Origin: Octopus vulgaris
Taxonomy: Eukaryota
Length of the DNA: 64,000 nucleotides
NCBI GenBank assembly: GCA_951406725.2
Contig: OX597832.1
Span: 19,344,001-19,408,000, forward strand
Direction: 5' to 3'
Shown one piece after another: positions 1 through 16,350 of this stretch. The notes under the pieces were generated by a model. That model had not been told where the DNA came from. It saw nothing but the letters and a program-made list of their open reading frames with translations, and searched no databases. The position numbers and the translations under genes were made by a program. The first letter of the stretch is position 1. Each line of letters starts with the position of its first letter.

Positions 1-369
1 CAGAACTCCCTTTTCTCCAGGGAAAAACCTACTTGATTTTATTTTACAAACCATTACCAATATTTCAGATTACTTATTTTCTTAGAATAATTCTCTGCTA
101 GGATTTACTTCGATGTTTATTTTATGCAAGAAATTCTTCAGATAAAAGCGAATATAATTTTCTTTAGTACACTAATTTCCCCAACTTATGCGATATTGAT
201 GAATAATGTTAATTACTTCTTGGTTGAATCTAGAAAATTATGTTGAAAATAATTACTAAGACCGGACTTATTTGAATATGATAAATGTCATAACATCTTA
301 ACTAAGGCATAATAGAATGATCAACATTATTACGTTGTTAAAGCGATAAAATTAATTAATTCTAACGAA

Positions 370-530
370 GGCACAAGACCAGAATTTTAAGAGAATTATA
401 TAACCGACAATATTAAACTAAGTACGTAACTGGCACATTATTTTATCGACTCCAGGATGATTAAAAGCTAAGATAGACCTCGGTGGGATTTGAAATTACG
501 ATGCAAAGAACCTAAACATGTACCGCAAAT
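370..530 (-). mobile_element. SINE family 2, old copy
   Basis: GGCACAAG...GTAACTGG...TTTTATCGAC..GGATGA..GACCTCGGTGGGATTTGAA. Confidence 0.65.
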
Positions 531-2685
531 AATGTCCCAACCTAAATGAAAAATATAGTTTTGAGTCAGTATAAAAGGTAGCATGCCATATATTATATAT
601 ATGCATGTAAAAAATAAATGATGTTAACAATTATGTATTACCATATGGGATATATGGTGAATTATGCATTATCACATGAGATATTCGATCGAAATGCAGT
701 GGATTCAAACATAGACAGGGTTTACGGATTTGGTGAACCGGAAGTTAAAGTCTTTATGAAGTCTGTGCACGCTGCTACACTAATATAAATTATTTATATT
801 GTTTAGCATATATTTTACATAATAACAATGCTGGGTTTTTTTAATTGACGCAATCCTACATAGGTATTTAAAGAGGAAGTGAATTGATGTATGGATCAAA
901 CTGTACCAAATTTTATCGAACTGGAAAGGAGTAATTTCAAGGAAGCCCTTAACTAAATTCAAGCAAATAATATTAAGAGGATGAGATATTAATACCACCT
1001 TTCTGGATATCAATATTAAAAAATTTATTTCACCTAGGCTTATAACTGACATAAATATAGATAAACTCGTATTATAGCAGAAACCTATTTTTAATCAAAT
1101 CGTTAGATATATATTAAAAAATTGTTGAACCTAAGAAATTTTCAGCTGAAAGATTGAAGCTCCGAATATCAAAACATCTCATTTATTGGTTTATTGAAAG
1201 AGATAAGTCTCAATTCAAAGGATGCGGGCCCCCATGAAAGCATGAAACCTTTAACCTAAATTCTGTTGAAGGTTTTACAAATTTAAAAGTTCTCAAATCT
1301 GGAGAACTATAATTTTTTTTCACCACTCTGCTTCCCATATATATTTTATATATATATATATATATATACTGTGAGGAGTGAGTGATTAAATTAAAGCTTA
1401 TTGCTTTTCTTAGAGCAGAGTGCACACATAAAACTTGAACTTACAATTCACCAATCTATGATTGTAAAATGGTCCCAAAACAGCTGCATTACACAGTCAT
1501 TAAACATGTTAGAAACTGCAGCCAAGTGATCTCTTGACCACATAAAACGAAGAGCGGGATTCGATAACGTGGTTCTAGATTGTCATCTTGGAGCGCTCTT
1601 CATCAAAAGTTCTCTCAAACAGATGAACACACTGAAAAGGATTAAACATGAGTGTGTTAGTATAGTAGTATTAAGTCGTATACACTTGTAATTTCCTAAT
1701 CTCAGGATAATTTTTTTTCTTGGAATCCCCGGGTGTTAAAATGAAAAGTAATCGTATTGAGATGGGGTTCAATCTCTCCAACACAACACACTGAAGATGT
1801 TAATGAAAATCGCCAAGTCAACTGCGCCTATTTAATTCTGCATGGTCATTTTTACAGATGAACACTAAACAATCATTATTTTTAAAAGAGGGTGAGATAA
1901 AAAGACTTTAATGTTCATGCTTTCATTCAAGGAAGTTGAATTTTAAAAAAATAAAGGAGAAAAGAAATTGTTCCAACGGGAGAGCGAAACCGGATTGCAG
2001 ATTTTGTATATTGAGATGTTGCCAGTAATATGCTATGGCAATTAGCTCAATACTAACCTAGCAATAGGATTTGGTTTCTTTTTGACTGGGCACACAAGGC
2101 CCAAGTATTGTATACACAGAAGGGGGGAATCATGGACACGGCTTTGTCCATGGTTCCCCTCCTCATACGTCAAAGAAAGGGAAAAATGTAATGTTTTAAA
2201 TGAAGTGACGCAGCTTCTACGTGGAATTGAAACCGTTTGGCATCTGGGCTTGCCGAGACCTTCATTACCTTGCGATTGGTGAACAGCACACGTCACTACT
2301 TTAGCAGTTATATCTCACAGTGATAAGGATACATTAACAATCAGAACGAGGAGTATAGGATGATTTTTAAAAAAAATAATGGTTTTATATACAAGTACAA
2401 TGAGGTGTTTAGGTGTGCATATATCTTAGACATTGGATTGAACCGAATATACATGCCAGCTACCCAAATTGTTAATTGATACATAATGTATGTGTCAACA
2501 TATTACAAATTATCAAAAGGTCAAAGATACCCAGGGTGGAATTTGAACCCAATGTAGAACGGCCCGTACTACATATTTTGAAAAGTGTTGTGACCATTTT
2601 GGCTTTTTTGTCACTGTACCCTCAGTATTAAGTTTGTTTTAAAAATGATAGAAGTATAAAGGTTTGCTGCCTTAATAATACTATA

Positions 2686-2822
2686 GAACGCGAAATTATA
2701 TATATATATATATATATATAAACAGAGTCGGTAATTACATATATATAAATATATATATTTATATAAACGGAGTCTGTAATTATATATATATATATATATA
2801 TATATAAACGAAGTCTGTAATA
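2686..2822. repeat. Compound minisatellite: TAAAC(G/A)GAGTC(T/G)GTAAT units separated by (TA)n
   Basis: Three units at ~2719, ~2764 and ~2805. Confidence 0.85.
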
Positions 2823-3166
2823 TATTGACAAAATAGGAGATATAGACAGTTGAATGAAACTATTTCTGCACCAAAATCTATTTAACTCTAGTGATATAAT
2901 ATGAAATAAAAAGAATGCAAAGAACTTACACACAGAGGCGTTTAGTATTTTAAATATCAAACCCGTATTCATGTTTTTGTATATTTTCCCTAAGCTAAAA
3001 GTTGTATATGATATAGTGAGATCTACAGTTGCATATATACATATATATCATTTTATTTGTTTGTCATTTGACTGTGGCCATGCTGGAGCACCGCCTTACC
3101 ATGTTGGCAAAGACGAACATACAAATATATATGTGTATACACCCACAAATAGCATATATACTTCGA

Positions 3167-3212
<46 letters not shown>

Positions 3213-3560
3213 ATACACTTGATGTATGTATACACACATATCTATAAACATCTGATTTTGTAAATACTTTAACATATATTAGAACCCTCACACGTACATA
3301 CACGCATTTAGTACACACACACAGATGTAAAAAAAAATCTTATCTAGCACCAAAACCCTCCCAGAAATGGTGGGCATCGGAAATGTATGAATGAAAGTAT
3401 TTCAGAATTTCAAGAAAATGTATCTTACAAAATACTAATTTTCACGCTGACTCCCATTTCATTTTTGTTTGGGGAGATTTCTGTAAAATTTTTCAGACGG
3501 CCATTGTACTAAAAACCATGCGGGGACCTCAAATCCACAGTACCCTATCAAAACTGATCT

Positions 3561-3607
<47 letters not shown>

Positions 3608-6600
3608 GTGTGTGTGGTTCTTGAACAAGAATGTTGTTGACAGTTGCTCTTATGTTTCGGCCTGCTAAGAGAGGCATGGGATTAATATAAAATTGTTTTT
3701 ATGGTAACTGAACATAAAAACAAATAAAAAATAATATATATATATATATATATATATAGGCAAACATACATTCATGCAACTTATCTTACCCTGATTGATC
3801 ATTTGGTGCAAGTGTCTAACAATTTTGAATTGGTACTTAAGAAACACTAGTTTAATTATCTGAAATAGATAAGCTGATGGATAGGAGGACACTAATCCAT
3901 CACATATTATTACCCTAGCCTGGTACGTATTTGTAGACAATCTCAGATAATAAATATGTGATGTGTTGGAAAAACCTGGCAGTATATTTGAATTAACAAT
4001 CTCTGAATTCAAATTTAAGCAGTACACTATCAAAGAACTATTTCTCTTTTACTTTTGACAAATATTATGAGCAAGTTTTCTGATTAAAATATGGTTTGGT
4101 ATTTTGTCCCAGGTGAATTCAGTCTTTGAGCTTAATTCATACGATTTTGCAGCACAGATTTTTCAGAAATTTTGATATTGCGTACTATATTTTCCAAAGT
4201 GTATTTTCCTGTTTGAAGACGGTCGGGGTAATTTAGTTGCTATTTCTAGCAAAATGTGAGCAATAACCTCAAGAATATTTTGCAGGATTAATGTTTGTTT
4301 AAGGGCGAAATTTATTAGGCTCAAGTCTCTTGAATCTCCCCTCCTTATGTATGAGGTTTCATGTTTGGGTATAAAGAAGACAAACACAGAGAAAAAAATG
4401 TTAACAGAATAGTCTTTTTTTTTAATGGAATGTATGAAATTTCTTTGTTTTTTTTATTATTGTTACTATGATTCAGGGTATCAGGAGTTTTGTGATGTAT
4501 ATGTCTATGTATATATTTTATATTTTTTAACTGCTTTAATCAGATTTGTGTTTCAAGTCCCACCGTAAGCATCAAACTACTGTCTCGTCTACACCGATTT
4601 TTCTTTCTCCCAATCCCTGCAAAAAAAGCATAAAAAAGCTTAGGAAGTGAAAGGAGAAGGATGGTGTGAGAGAGAACGCGAGTTGTTTAAGAGAGTTAGT
4701 TATAAGTAAGGACAGGTGTTTGTTAAAGCCCAAGTAGCACATTAGCCGTATAAACACATCCATATGTATGTGTGTGTATATATGCGTGCGTCTCTCTCTT
4801 TCTACACACACACACGTGTGTATGTACATACACAAATTTACATATGTCTATATAACGATACAAGCGGGGATGCACTTTTAAGAACTATTCTCCATAGTCG
4901 TTTCATTTAGATAAAAGACGAAACGATTCCACAAACTAACAAAATATTCCTTAATATTAATTTTAATGCTATCTAAATTTTTTTATGTAATGATTGACAT
5001 TATAAAAGATATTGTATAATATTATATATTTTCAACCAAATTATAAAAACGATATTCAACTGAAATAAACTTATAAACAGAATGTATCTTAATCTAGTCT
5101 ATTTGTAAAGTGTGTGTGTGTGTGTGTGTAGATAGATTCATATACTCAAACAATAGCCTTTTTAAATAATTATTCAATAAACTACAAAACTATATGTGTC
5201 CCTTATTGTTCCGTTTGGTCATTAGATGTATTATATGGATATGAACAGTCGCAATAGTTATATTATTGAGACCGGAATGGTGAAAGGTTATTAACAGATC
5301 TTGTCGGGTTTTGAACCATGAACAGAAATAGTCGTAAAATGCAACAACATATTTGTCCGATGTTCTACCGACTCTTTCAATTTAACTTTCATATTAATGT
5401 ATTTAACGGTGTGGTCTATAACTTAATATAAATCTCGAAGATAATACTCACTCACACACATATACACACCTAGATGACTAATTAACTAATAATACACTAA
5501 AAGTGAAGAAGAGCGAGAAAATGAGAGAGAGAGGGCAATAAAGATGTACTACAGTTCTCTTGTAGTGTTTGCTTCTGTTTATAAAAGCACTTAGGAGGAG
5601 GAGGATAAGAAGCCAGTTCTAGAAGCATTTGTTAACCAATTAGCTACTTACGAACACATACAACAACATCGAGAGGCTAACGGAAGAAAAGCCGCTCAGA
5701 TTTTGGTTTAAGAAAACTCTTATGTTGATATAGAGCACGACAACTTAACTCATTAGTGTTTAGCAACTACTGTGAATTTTTGAAGTATACATCTACTTTT
5801 GTTTTCCTTTTTATTTTTTAACTTTAAAGTTACTGAACTATCGGTTCGAGAATATATCTATTTATAGTCTATGCTACATGTTCCCGCATGAAATTTGCTC
5901 GTATGTATGATAGTGTGTGTGTTTATAATATGTGTATGTGTGGGTGTGTTGACAAGAGTTTATAAACTTTCGTGAGTATGGGGAAGAATTTTCTTTTTTG
6001 TCTTTGAAATGGATTTTGAAGCGCATATAATGCTATAAGAACATGTAAATATTAGGCTGAAAAAACCTTTATGACAGAAACCAAACCAAAACAAAAGACG
6101 AGTGCTGGCCGTGGGATATGAACCCATACCTATTAATGTGACAACCGTTCAACTATTGTATATATTTTTCTATCTAATTTTTAAAATACACCACTGCTTG
6201 AGCTTCTATTTCTATGAAATTTACCTTAATCTAAGTTGTAATTATTTTTTAATTAAACATTTCATAAATAAAAAAATATGTAAATATATTAAAACAAGAA
6301 GAATCAGTGAGGTAAATGTAGAATTTGAGTTTTTAAACAGAGCAAAGAACCATCTCGTGTACTGAATTTTAAAAAAATACAAGAAATCTAATCATACTAA
6401 TATTATAATTCAATATTTTCTGAGACAATCAATGAGATACCTATTTTTAAGTGTAGGTGAAATACGTAAAATATTAAAATTCCTGCCGATATAATAAAAG
6501 ATTAAGCAATGTATGAAGAATGCTTTTCCCGCCTTTATTACTAATCTTAATCTATATATGGGATAATTTCTTGTGGTAAATTTTAGAAATATGTAATGTA

Positions 6601-7619
6601 TACTAGTTTTATAAGGGAACTTTTCGCACAATATATATAAGTTTTTCCATACGGATAGAAACTATATATTTTATTGAAATAGTGATTTTGTAAGAGTCGG
6701 TTTATAAATAAACCGCTCATTGAGAGTAATAATGTTATCACCATGGAATAATAATTCTTTACTAAAGAAAAAAAATAAGACATGGTGTTTATACCTATCG
6801 CAACAGTATTGTTAAAATACGTGATGTATATCGACCTTTTTAGGTTAGTTTTCAAGTTTTACTCGGTTGCAGTTGAGGAGATAAGAACACTAATCCGTAT
6901 GGAGAAAATAAATGTTGAGGCCACATTTAATGAAGAAGGACCTAGCTAAAGAGGGTGATAGATGGGTGTTTTTCAACAAAGCAACCCGCGCAATCCCAGC
7001 TTCACTCATTGCTAAAATATATATTTTTTTCTTTTGCTGTGGATTAGAACTTCCAATAAACTATTTTTGTCCCTGTGATGTGGCAAATTGTTCGTAAGTA
7101 TGATTATAACGGTTATGTCTCTTTCCGATTTGTTTTTCGTAAACATTACGCTTGAGAGCACAAAATATTTTTTTTTAATAAAATTTAAACAAAAAAAAAA
7201 AACAAATTAAACAAAAATGCCTCACACAATTTCGTTAAAATTAAAGCTAAGAATATAACATTAACATCCCAATTTGAATATATAGATATACAATAGGTAT
7301 AAAACTAGTCTGAACAAGTCGTGAGATATAAGTACTAATAAAAGTTTTCAAAGTTCAGATGTAAGTTTTCACAATAAAATTGTCATCTACCCTACTAAAT
7401 TAAAGTTTAGATTTATCAGACAAAGCATTGGAGGCAGCCGAATAAAGATACACGCAGTAAATTACTGGTACATCTTTCACCTAGTTGGTAATGAGGTAAA
7501 GAAAGGAAAAGCCAAGTAGCCGCGGTATCGATAAGGTCTATTTATAACGGTTTTTTCTTTTTTTAAAAACCAGTTAATTATTAATCCCACGAACCAAACA
7601 CATTTTACAATAACCGGTT

Positions 7620-7710
7620 AAAACCACTTTCTAGAAACAGAAGCCAAATTTTCCTCAAATCACACCCTTGCATCTAAATTATAATAAATTGGATAATGAT
7701 GTCCAGCTAA
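7620..7710 (+). repeat. Old interspersed repeat (related copies ~1500-1580 + and ~4180-4250 -)
   Basis: Degenerate shared TAGAAA..GCAGCCAAA...GGATAA.GT.GT..TAG motif. Confidence 0.45.
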
Positions 7711-10555
7711 GATGTAATGTGCACGTTTTCGAGCAGGGATAGATCTACCTGTTCGGTCGATAAGGCTACACTGGGGCTAACGAACATAACATAGTAAGTC
7801 GACTGAAAGGTAGCTGTAGCAATGGAAAAGGATGTGTGGTCTTTGTTGCTTTATGTAGTTTGGCGAGTTTGGAAATATACAAATATGTTGTAAGCATTTG
7901 TGATAAATAGGTATTGTGCCCAATACGGGTAAATTAATGATGCCCTATGAAATGTCCCTATGCAATAGCATTAAAAAAGAAAGAAATATCTAAGTAAAAC
8001 ATAAAATGTGGATTTAACTTGATGTCATAAGTTCAAATCTAGCCTAGCTAGAATAAATATTTTAAAAAAAATATTTGGTTTAGAAATTTTCTGTTTCATA
8101 TTAACTTCTCTGAATTGTACGAATAATTGGTTCTTATTTATTTGTAAGATAGTAGTAATTTGCTGAGTAAAACGAACGGTTTATTCGACTGTATCGACTT
8201 CCAGTTTTCGATTTTTACTGATATTCATCTCATCGATCATGAAAGAATGAGAAAGTCAACCAACCCTGGCGAGGTTCGAATTTAGAACACAAAAAGGTAC
8301 TATTTTCGATATTACCGATTCTGCTAATTAATTATTGCCTTATAATTGTCATTTCTTAACATATGTACAAACTTATATATTTTAGGGAAAGATGGATACA
8401 GAGCACTAAGTTGACTTCACTGTGCATACACTCATGTGTATAAGTCTTACATGAACATAAACATACACGCACATTATAATGCTATATACCTAAAATGTTT
8501 ATGTATTAAGTATATGAATAGTATCCGTAGAAGTAATGTGTAGTATTCATGACAGTTGAAATTATAAGTGTTTACTTATGAAATGATATTTCGTTTCCTT
8601 TACTCAGTATCATAATTAATAACATATCTGATGAGATCGAATATCAGAAAGAAATCATTCTTCCATGAGAAAAGACTGAATAAGTTCAACATATGGTGAT
8701 TGTTACACTTACACACAAACACTTTTATACATACATGTATAGTAAATTTTCCCTATCGACCCCTGTAGTAATCAATACAAAATAAATTTAAAGTCTTCTG
8801 CATTTAAAATATGAATATAGTGTAAATGAAGGAGAGGAGGCTACAGTGCTAGCGGCATAAGTACTACAGTCTGCTATCGCTTTCATCAGCGGCCAAATAG
8901 TTGAAAATAAAATATTAATTATAATATATAGATTACATTTTATCTTCAGTAATGAACTGCGAATTTAGTCGGCCATTTTGAAACAAAATCGAATCAACAA
9001 AATAATACTAACTTATACGTCACCCCTCCCTTGTTATTCATATATTTCCACGCGCGAAGGGCTCCAATGTTCTAGAGTAGAAGTTTTGTTTTGTCAGCTA
9101 TAAATTATCTTCAAAATATATCGCATATTTTGTGTGTGCGAGCTTTAATAAATGTATGTCCGCTAGTTACAACGATGAGTTGTTGGATGAACCACCTTTA
9201 CATTCAACATACATAATTGGCTGAATAATGGTCAGAAAGGAAGCTTGTACATCAACCAGAATTTATATGATGCAACATGGGAGGAGGCTGACCATTTGAA
9301 TTTAAGGTACACGCCATCCCACAGCTATCAGAATCCCTACTTATTAGCTTTCCCATAAAAATACATGGGCGCAGGCGTGGCCGAGTGGTTAAGAAATTTG
9401 CCTTGCAGACATGAGTTCCCAAGAGCTGTCCCACAATGCTGCATCATTTGGTGTGTGTACAAGTGTAGGTTTTTTTTAAGTATGTATTGTCATATACACA
9501 CAAACACATATTTAATATATATGACAGCACCAAGTTTCCTTAAACAAAAGTGGTTAGGGGCACAAAAATGTTACAAGGAGGCGGGGAGAATAATAGAATA
9601 ATAAAGAAAAGCAGGAAATAAATAAAAATATATAATTGAGATCTAATATAAGTGCCAGCATAGGTAGATTATATGCTATGTAGGACTAAATACCAGCTTT
9701 CCTGAAATTCGTCCAAGTAATGTGTTACAGTTTTCATGTGCCTTTTCTTATTTAGGAATTACAGATGGAAATATGAGCAGTAAGCGGATGTTTGGTCTTT
9801 GTGTTAAAATAAAAAAGATTCAATTCCTTTAATTTTTAGAGCAAATCATAATTTGCATTTAGTGTTTTGTTGATTTTTTGAAGCTGGGGAAACTCCATAT
9901 TCCCGCATTCTATTTATTTCTGTTTTGTTCATTCTTCGATCGGAAACACTCGATAAAAAGCAAGTACACGCATATACGCAACGACTTCAGTCATATGAAT
10001 GTATATAGCAAGCAGATAGGTATTCGTAAATGTATCCCCTCTTCCTGCTTTAAAAATAAAAAGAGACTTCCCTCTCCTACAGAGTGAAATGTTTTCAGGT
10101 ATGCAATAATACAGATAACATCCAGGCCCTTCTCTTTAAGGTGTTAAGAAACCATTATAGTTTCAAATGATTAGGATTTTTATTTAAAAGGATGATCATT
10201 TTATATTTACTGCAATGATTTAAGTGAAGTTTTCCTTCTTTTTGATATTATTTTCATTATTTTAAAAAGATCGCATGATAAGTGAGAATCCTACATATTT
10301 ACAAAATTAAAGATTTGATTTATTTAGAAGAATCAAACAGGTGGATGTATATTTATAATGGATGTTTCTGGGGGAGCGGTGAGGTTTAACAGAAATTACC
10401 CAAACACCGAGATACAAATGGTCTTTCTTCAATTTGTTTAATCTTTCTCTTTGGAAAATGGCAAAAATGCAAGGATATATATTCCCCGGTAGTCACTAAT
10501 CTGTCTCTCATTCAGATAAAACTTCTGAGCTGTAAATACAAATAACCATATCTTG

Positions 10556-10594
<39 letters not shown>

Positions 10595-10697
10595 CGGTAT
10601 TTCTTATACATGATGCACATTATAACATGCATGTATACGCAAAAGTGCATGATCATGTTTAGTTATGGATATGCGCACACATATATATATGTGTGTC

Positions 10698-10735
<38 letters not shown>

Positions 10736-10999
10736 CATGTTATACATGCAAGCACATGTATTTATGTGTATGCAATATATAGATATATGTATATACATAC
10801 AAGTATATATGTCTTCGCTCATGAACACTATATATATATATATATGTGTGTGTGTATGTATGCATATATGAACCCATTCTGCATTTCAAGACCATTCAAA
10901 TATTAAAAGTGTTTCATTTACTTTTAAACTGTGATATCTGTAATAATAATAATAATAATATCAATAAAAATAATAATAATAATAATAATATGGAAGCGA

Positions 11000-11226
11000 T
11001 TTTTGTGATTTACTTGAGACAAGGTTTTTTTATTTCTGTTGTATTAAAAAAAAAAAGAAAATTGTCTAGTTTTAAATAGACAACACCAATCCATAATGTT
11101 TAACACTCGTTTGAGACAAGGTGGCGTTTTCTCAGTTGTGCTTTTTAATTGTTTTTTTTTTTTTCATTTCGTTCTTTTGTTACATTTTGCCTTTTCGAGT
11201 CTTGTTTTAAATGGCTACATATATAC

Positions 11227-11291
<65 letters not shown>

Positions 11292-14200
11292 TGCTGGTTT
11301 ATTTGTTTGACAGGAGATCATTTTGTTTCATCAGGGTTCACAATTCATACATTTGTTGGTAAATGTTTTGTTTTGTTTTGTTTTATTTTTTTTCCTCCAA
11401 TTCATTTCAATTCGTACAGTGACCAAGTCGGTTCATTACGATCGGAGTTTATGTGCGACTTTGGATTTCGAGTTGAGAGAGAGAGAGAGTGAGGAAGAGA
11501 AAGTCCTACTTGCTTTAACTCACACTCCACATTATAAATTTTGCCTACTTGCTTTCTTCACAAAATTGCAAATTGCTCTCACCAAGGTTCCTTTACTTTT
11601 TGTTTTTCTCGTCCCAGTATCCGTCCCTTAACTTATGATGAAATATATAATTGCATTTAATAATTGCTTCCAACATTGGCGCAATGTTAGAACTCAAGCC
11701 ATTCACTGGATCGTAATAATATTAATTATTACTATTACCATTAATTAAAAATTAATAGTAATGGTGATTTATAAGTTTACACTCTTATATATTGCATTTT
11801 AGTTTATCCGGTTATTTTTTCCGTTTTTGATTTGTTTTCATTTTGGCATTATCTGTTTAAACTGACGTTCTTTTGTGTCTTAAAATTCATTTAAAATCAT
11901 TTAGTTTAAGAATTTAAACAGTGTATAGTCGAACAACACTAACTTTGATATATATATAGAGAGAATTTTTGATGTTCCTGGCCAAAATAAAACTTCAGTA
12001 TGCTTGCGCTCTTAATTCTTCGCTACCATTTTACATATGACAGAATATTCGATTGAGAGACACACACACATGTATATATATATACACACACACACTAGCT
12101 GAGTGGCTGGCTGGCTGGCAGGTAAGCAGGCAAAACAAGTAGTTAGAATAGGTAGTTATGTGCGTAGCTAAGGTACATGCTGAATAGTAATAACGCTAGA
12201 AGGAAAGAAAGAAAAAAAAAAAGGAAGATAGGTAAGCGAGGCAACATTCTAAATAGGTTGGTAGGACTTCCGTTATTTTTGCCTGGATAATGTGTGTGAT
12301 AGGTAGCTGTAGTAGTGATGATAGAAGAAGTAGTATTAGAAAGAGCGGGGAAGGAAGAAAGAAAGAGACAGGTAGGTAGTGTTATATAGCTCTAAAACGG
12401 TCGACAGAAGAGTGTGTGAGTGTGTGTGTGAGAGAGAGATAGACTACGTTAGGTAGGTAGGTATTGTAGTAGTCGGCTACTTTGCTTTCAACTGATTTTA
12501 TGCAAGCAGGCAGGTGGGATCGCACAAACTAAGCAGCCGGATCTAAAATACGAATGTGGCCCCCAACCCACTAAAAAAAAAGAAAAATTGAAAAATAAAA
12601 AAGATTTTTTATAAGTCTGTGTTACCACTTCATATGTATATATGATATATATAGATAGATAGACATAGATAGGTAGGTAGGTATTGTGTGTGCGCCCATG
12701 GACGAAGTATCCAATATGCTACATTTGTTAAAAGCGGAGAGTGTGTGTGTGTGTGATTAATACAACGTATCCAAATATACTCGAGTTCCACTTAGCTTAA
12801 GCCTTGAAGGAAAGAAACAATTAAGAGTGTGTGTGTGTTTACAATTAGGTGTATACCAAATTAAGACCAACTAAGAACGACTTTTTTTTTCATTATTACT
12901 CTATAAACATCCATAAATAGGGTTCTTAAAAACCAAAATGAAGATAAAAGAAAAATAAACGTAGGAGATTTTGGAGAAAAGGGCTTATATATATTTATAT
13001 ATATTTGGGAGAAAAGAGTTAACATATGTATGTATATGCATGTGTGTGTGTGTATATATTATATAGAGCCTGCATATAAACATGTATATAGACAGTGTAT
13101 ATTAATGTAAAGAGGTAGATATAAACATTTTTATATACATATGTAATATAATTTATACATGCTACTATATATGTGTATATCAATAGGTTTACCTGAGTAT
13201 ACAGATAGCTATATGCATCAAACATCTATATACATGTATAGTGTGTGTGTGTGTTTCAGTTTGTTTTGCTATAGGGGAAGATTATCGTCATTTATCAATC
13301 TGAATATAAAATTTTGATTATTATTAATTTGGTTTGAATGAAGACCGAAAATATGTAGAGGTATATAGAAGTATATTAACGAATTCGATGCACCCGATCA
13401 CTATTGCATGTGATGATATGGGACTGATATGTGTGTGAAAAGAATCTATCCGTAAGAAAACATATTTATGATGATCATATTAACGAAAAAAATGCATTAA
13501 CATGAAATTATTAATTGCTTGTTAGAACAGCAAAAAATAAAGTATTTTTTACATATATATATATATATAATCCACGTTAATACATGTACATATATATATG
13601 TATCTACATAAATGTTTATATATGCTTATATAGTCGTGTTTAGACGCAGGAAAATATGAGGGAGCGGGAAGATTTAGATATATTAATCTCACCAACTGTA
13701 ATTAACATTATTGCCCAAACAGTTTGATGAGATCAGCAGTGGGTCATAGGCCTGTTCATTGTGTGTGTGTGTGAAGTTTGAAACTGTTATTGGTCGCGGC
13801 AATATTAGTTTTATATTATACATACGTGCATTATACATGTTTGGTATTGTATGTATGTATGTATAAATATTTGTAGGAGAGATAGTTTTGCTTCTTAGCA
13901 TTAAGTTACGATTTGTTGAATTTTTAAGGTGCTTGTTTCATCCTTATCATTTTCTCTTCTCCCGTACTTTTTTTTTTTCTTTTATCTTGATCTTGCTTTT
14001 GCAATGAATACCAAAATAATAACAATAAATAAGAAATAAATAATTCTCAAGAATTAATTTTAAAATTAGTATTAACAAAAAAAAAAAGAAAAAGATACAC
14101 TGCCAGGGATGGGAAATGAACTCACGATGATAGATTTGAAAAAAAAAAAAAAGTAATGAAATAAATCAAAAATAAAAATCATACATACATCCTTTAATAA

Positions 14201-14957
14201 TTTTGTTTGTTTTTTGTTTTTGAGTTCGTACTGTCCATTTTCAGAGATAATCGTTCCTGCTTATTATTTTTTTTTTTAATAGTTTTGTTTTTGTTATGTT
14301 TGCGTTTAACATTCTTACTGTTATCATAAGTATTATTTGATGTTGTTGGTGTGGTTGTTGATGTTTTTTTCGTAAAGTCATTTCGGAGTGCTGTTTTTTT
14401 TTTTTCTTTCTCTCTCTCTCCTTTTAGTTTGCTAATTTTCTGTTTTGCGTGTTGTTATCAATTTTTCTCGTCACCATCGTCTTCATATCTCTCTCTTTCT
14501 CTCTCTCGATATTTCTTTCAACCTTTCTCGCACAGTTTTTGTTTTATATTTTTTGTTAAATTCAACTCCAGCCTTCTATGTCAATTCGTGATTTTTGCCA
14601 CACAACCCCATATATCCCATACAAGCTTGATATATATATATATATATATGATATATATACATATATATAATATATATAATATATATACATATACAGTAAA
14701 GATTTCCTAAAATTCTTTTAGTTATTTGTGTGGGTTAATTCTTGTTAACCATTTTTGTTTCTCACGCGCTCTCGTACTTCATGCACAAGAGAAAAACGGT
14801 ATTTGGTGGATCTCAAATGAAAATAACGATCCAAAAAAAAAAAAAAAGTTCATTTAGGGCCTACCCCAAGAGTGTGTTTGTGTGTATAGAGGGGGTGGGG
14901 CTGTACATAGTGTGAATTCCATACCTTGTGATAGGTCCTGGAGCGAGTGTCTTTGTC
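11000..14957 (-). other. Probable SoxB1 3' UTR / downstream regulatory region (extent uncertain)
   Basis: Follows the stop codon and has no recognisable transposon. Minus-strand AATAAA signals noticed at ~11382, 11298-11303 and ~11028. Confidence 0.35.

Positions 14958-16350
<1,393 letters not shown>

Noticed and set aside
2686-2822. CRISPR-like repeat-spacer pattern
   Set aside because: Spacers are pure (TA)n, the context is eukaryotic and there are no cas genes.
5520-5900. Possible solo LTR (TATAAAA, AATAAA)
   Set aside because: No TG...CA ends, TSD or second copy identified.
8620-8960. CTGATGA/CTGAAGA motifs at ~8628, ~8884 and ~8944 (also 1791, 11328, 42223, 42481, 48585)
   Set aside because: No matching GAAA-stem III-NUH with a pairing stem I.
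9367-9425. tRNA-like sequence (also ~33648 and ~60715)
   Set aside because: A/B-box remnants of SINE heads; no complete cloverleaf.
14090-14110. TGGCAGTGT (miR-34-like 5' end) on the minus strand
   Set aside because: The rest is poly-U with no precursor hairpin, and the orientation is wrong for a target site in SoxB1 mRNA.
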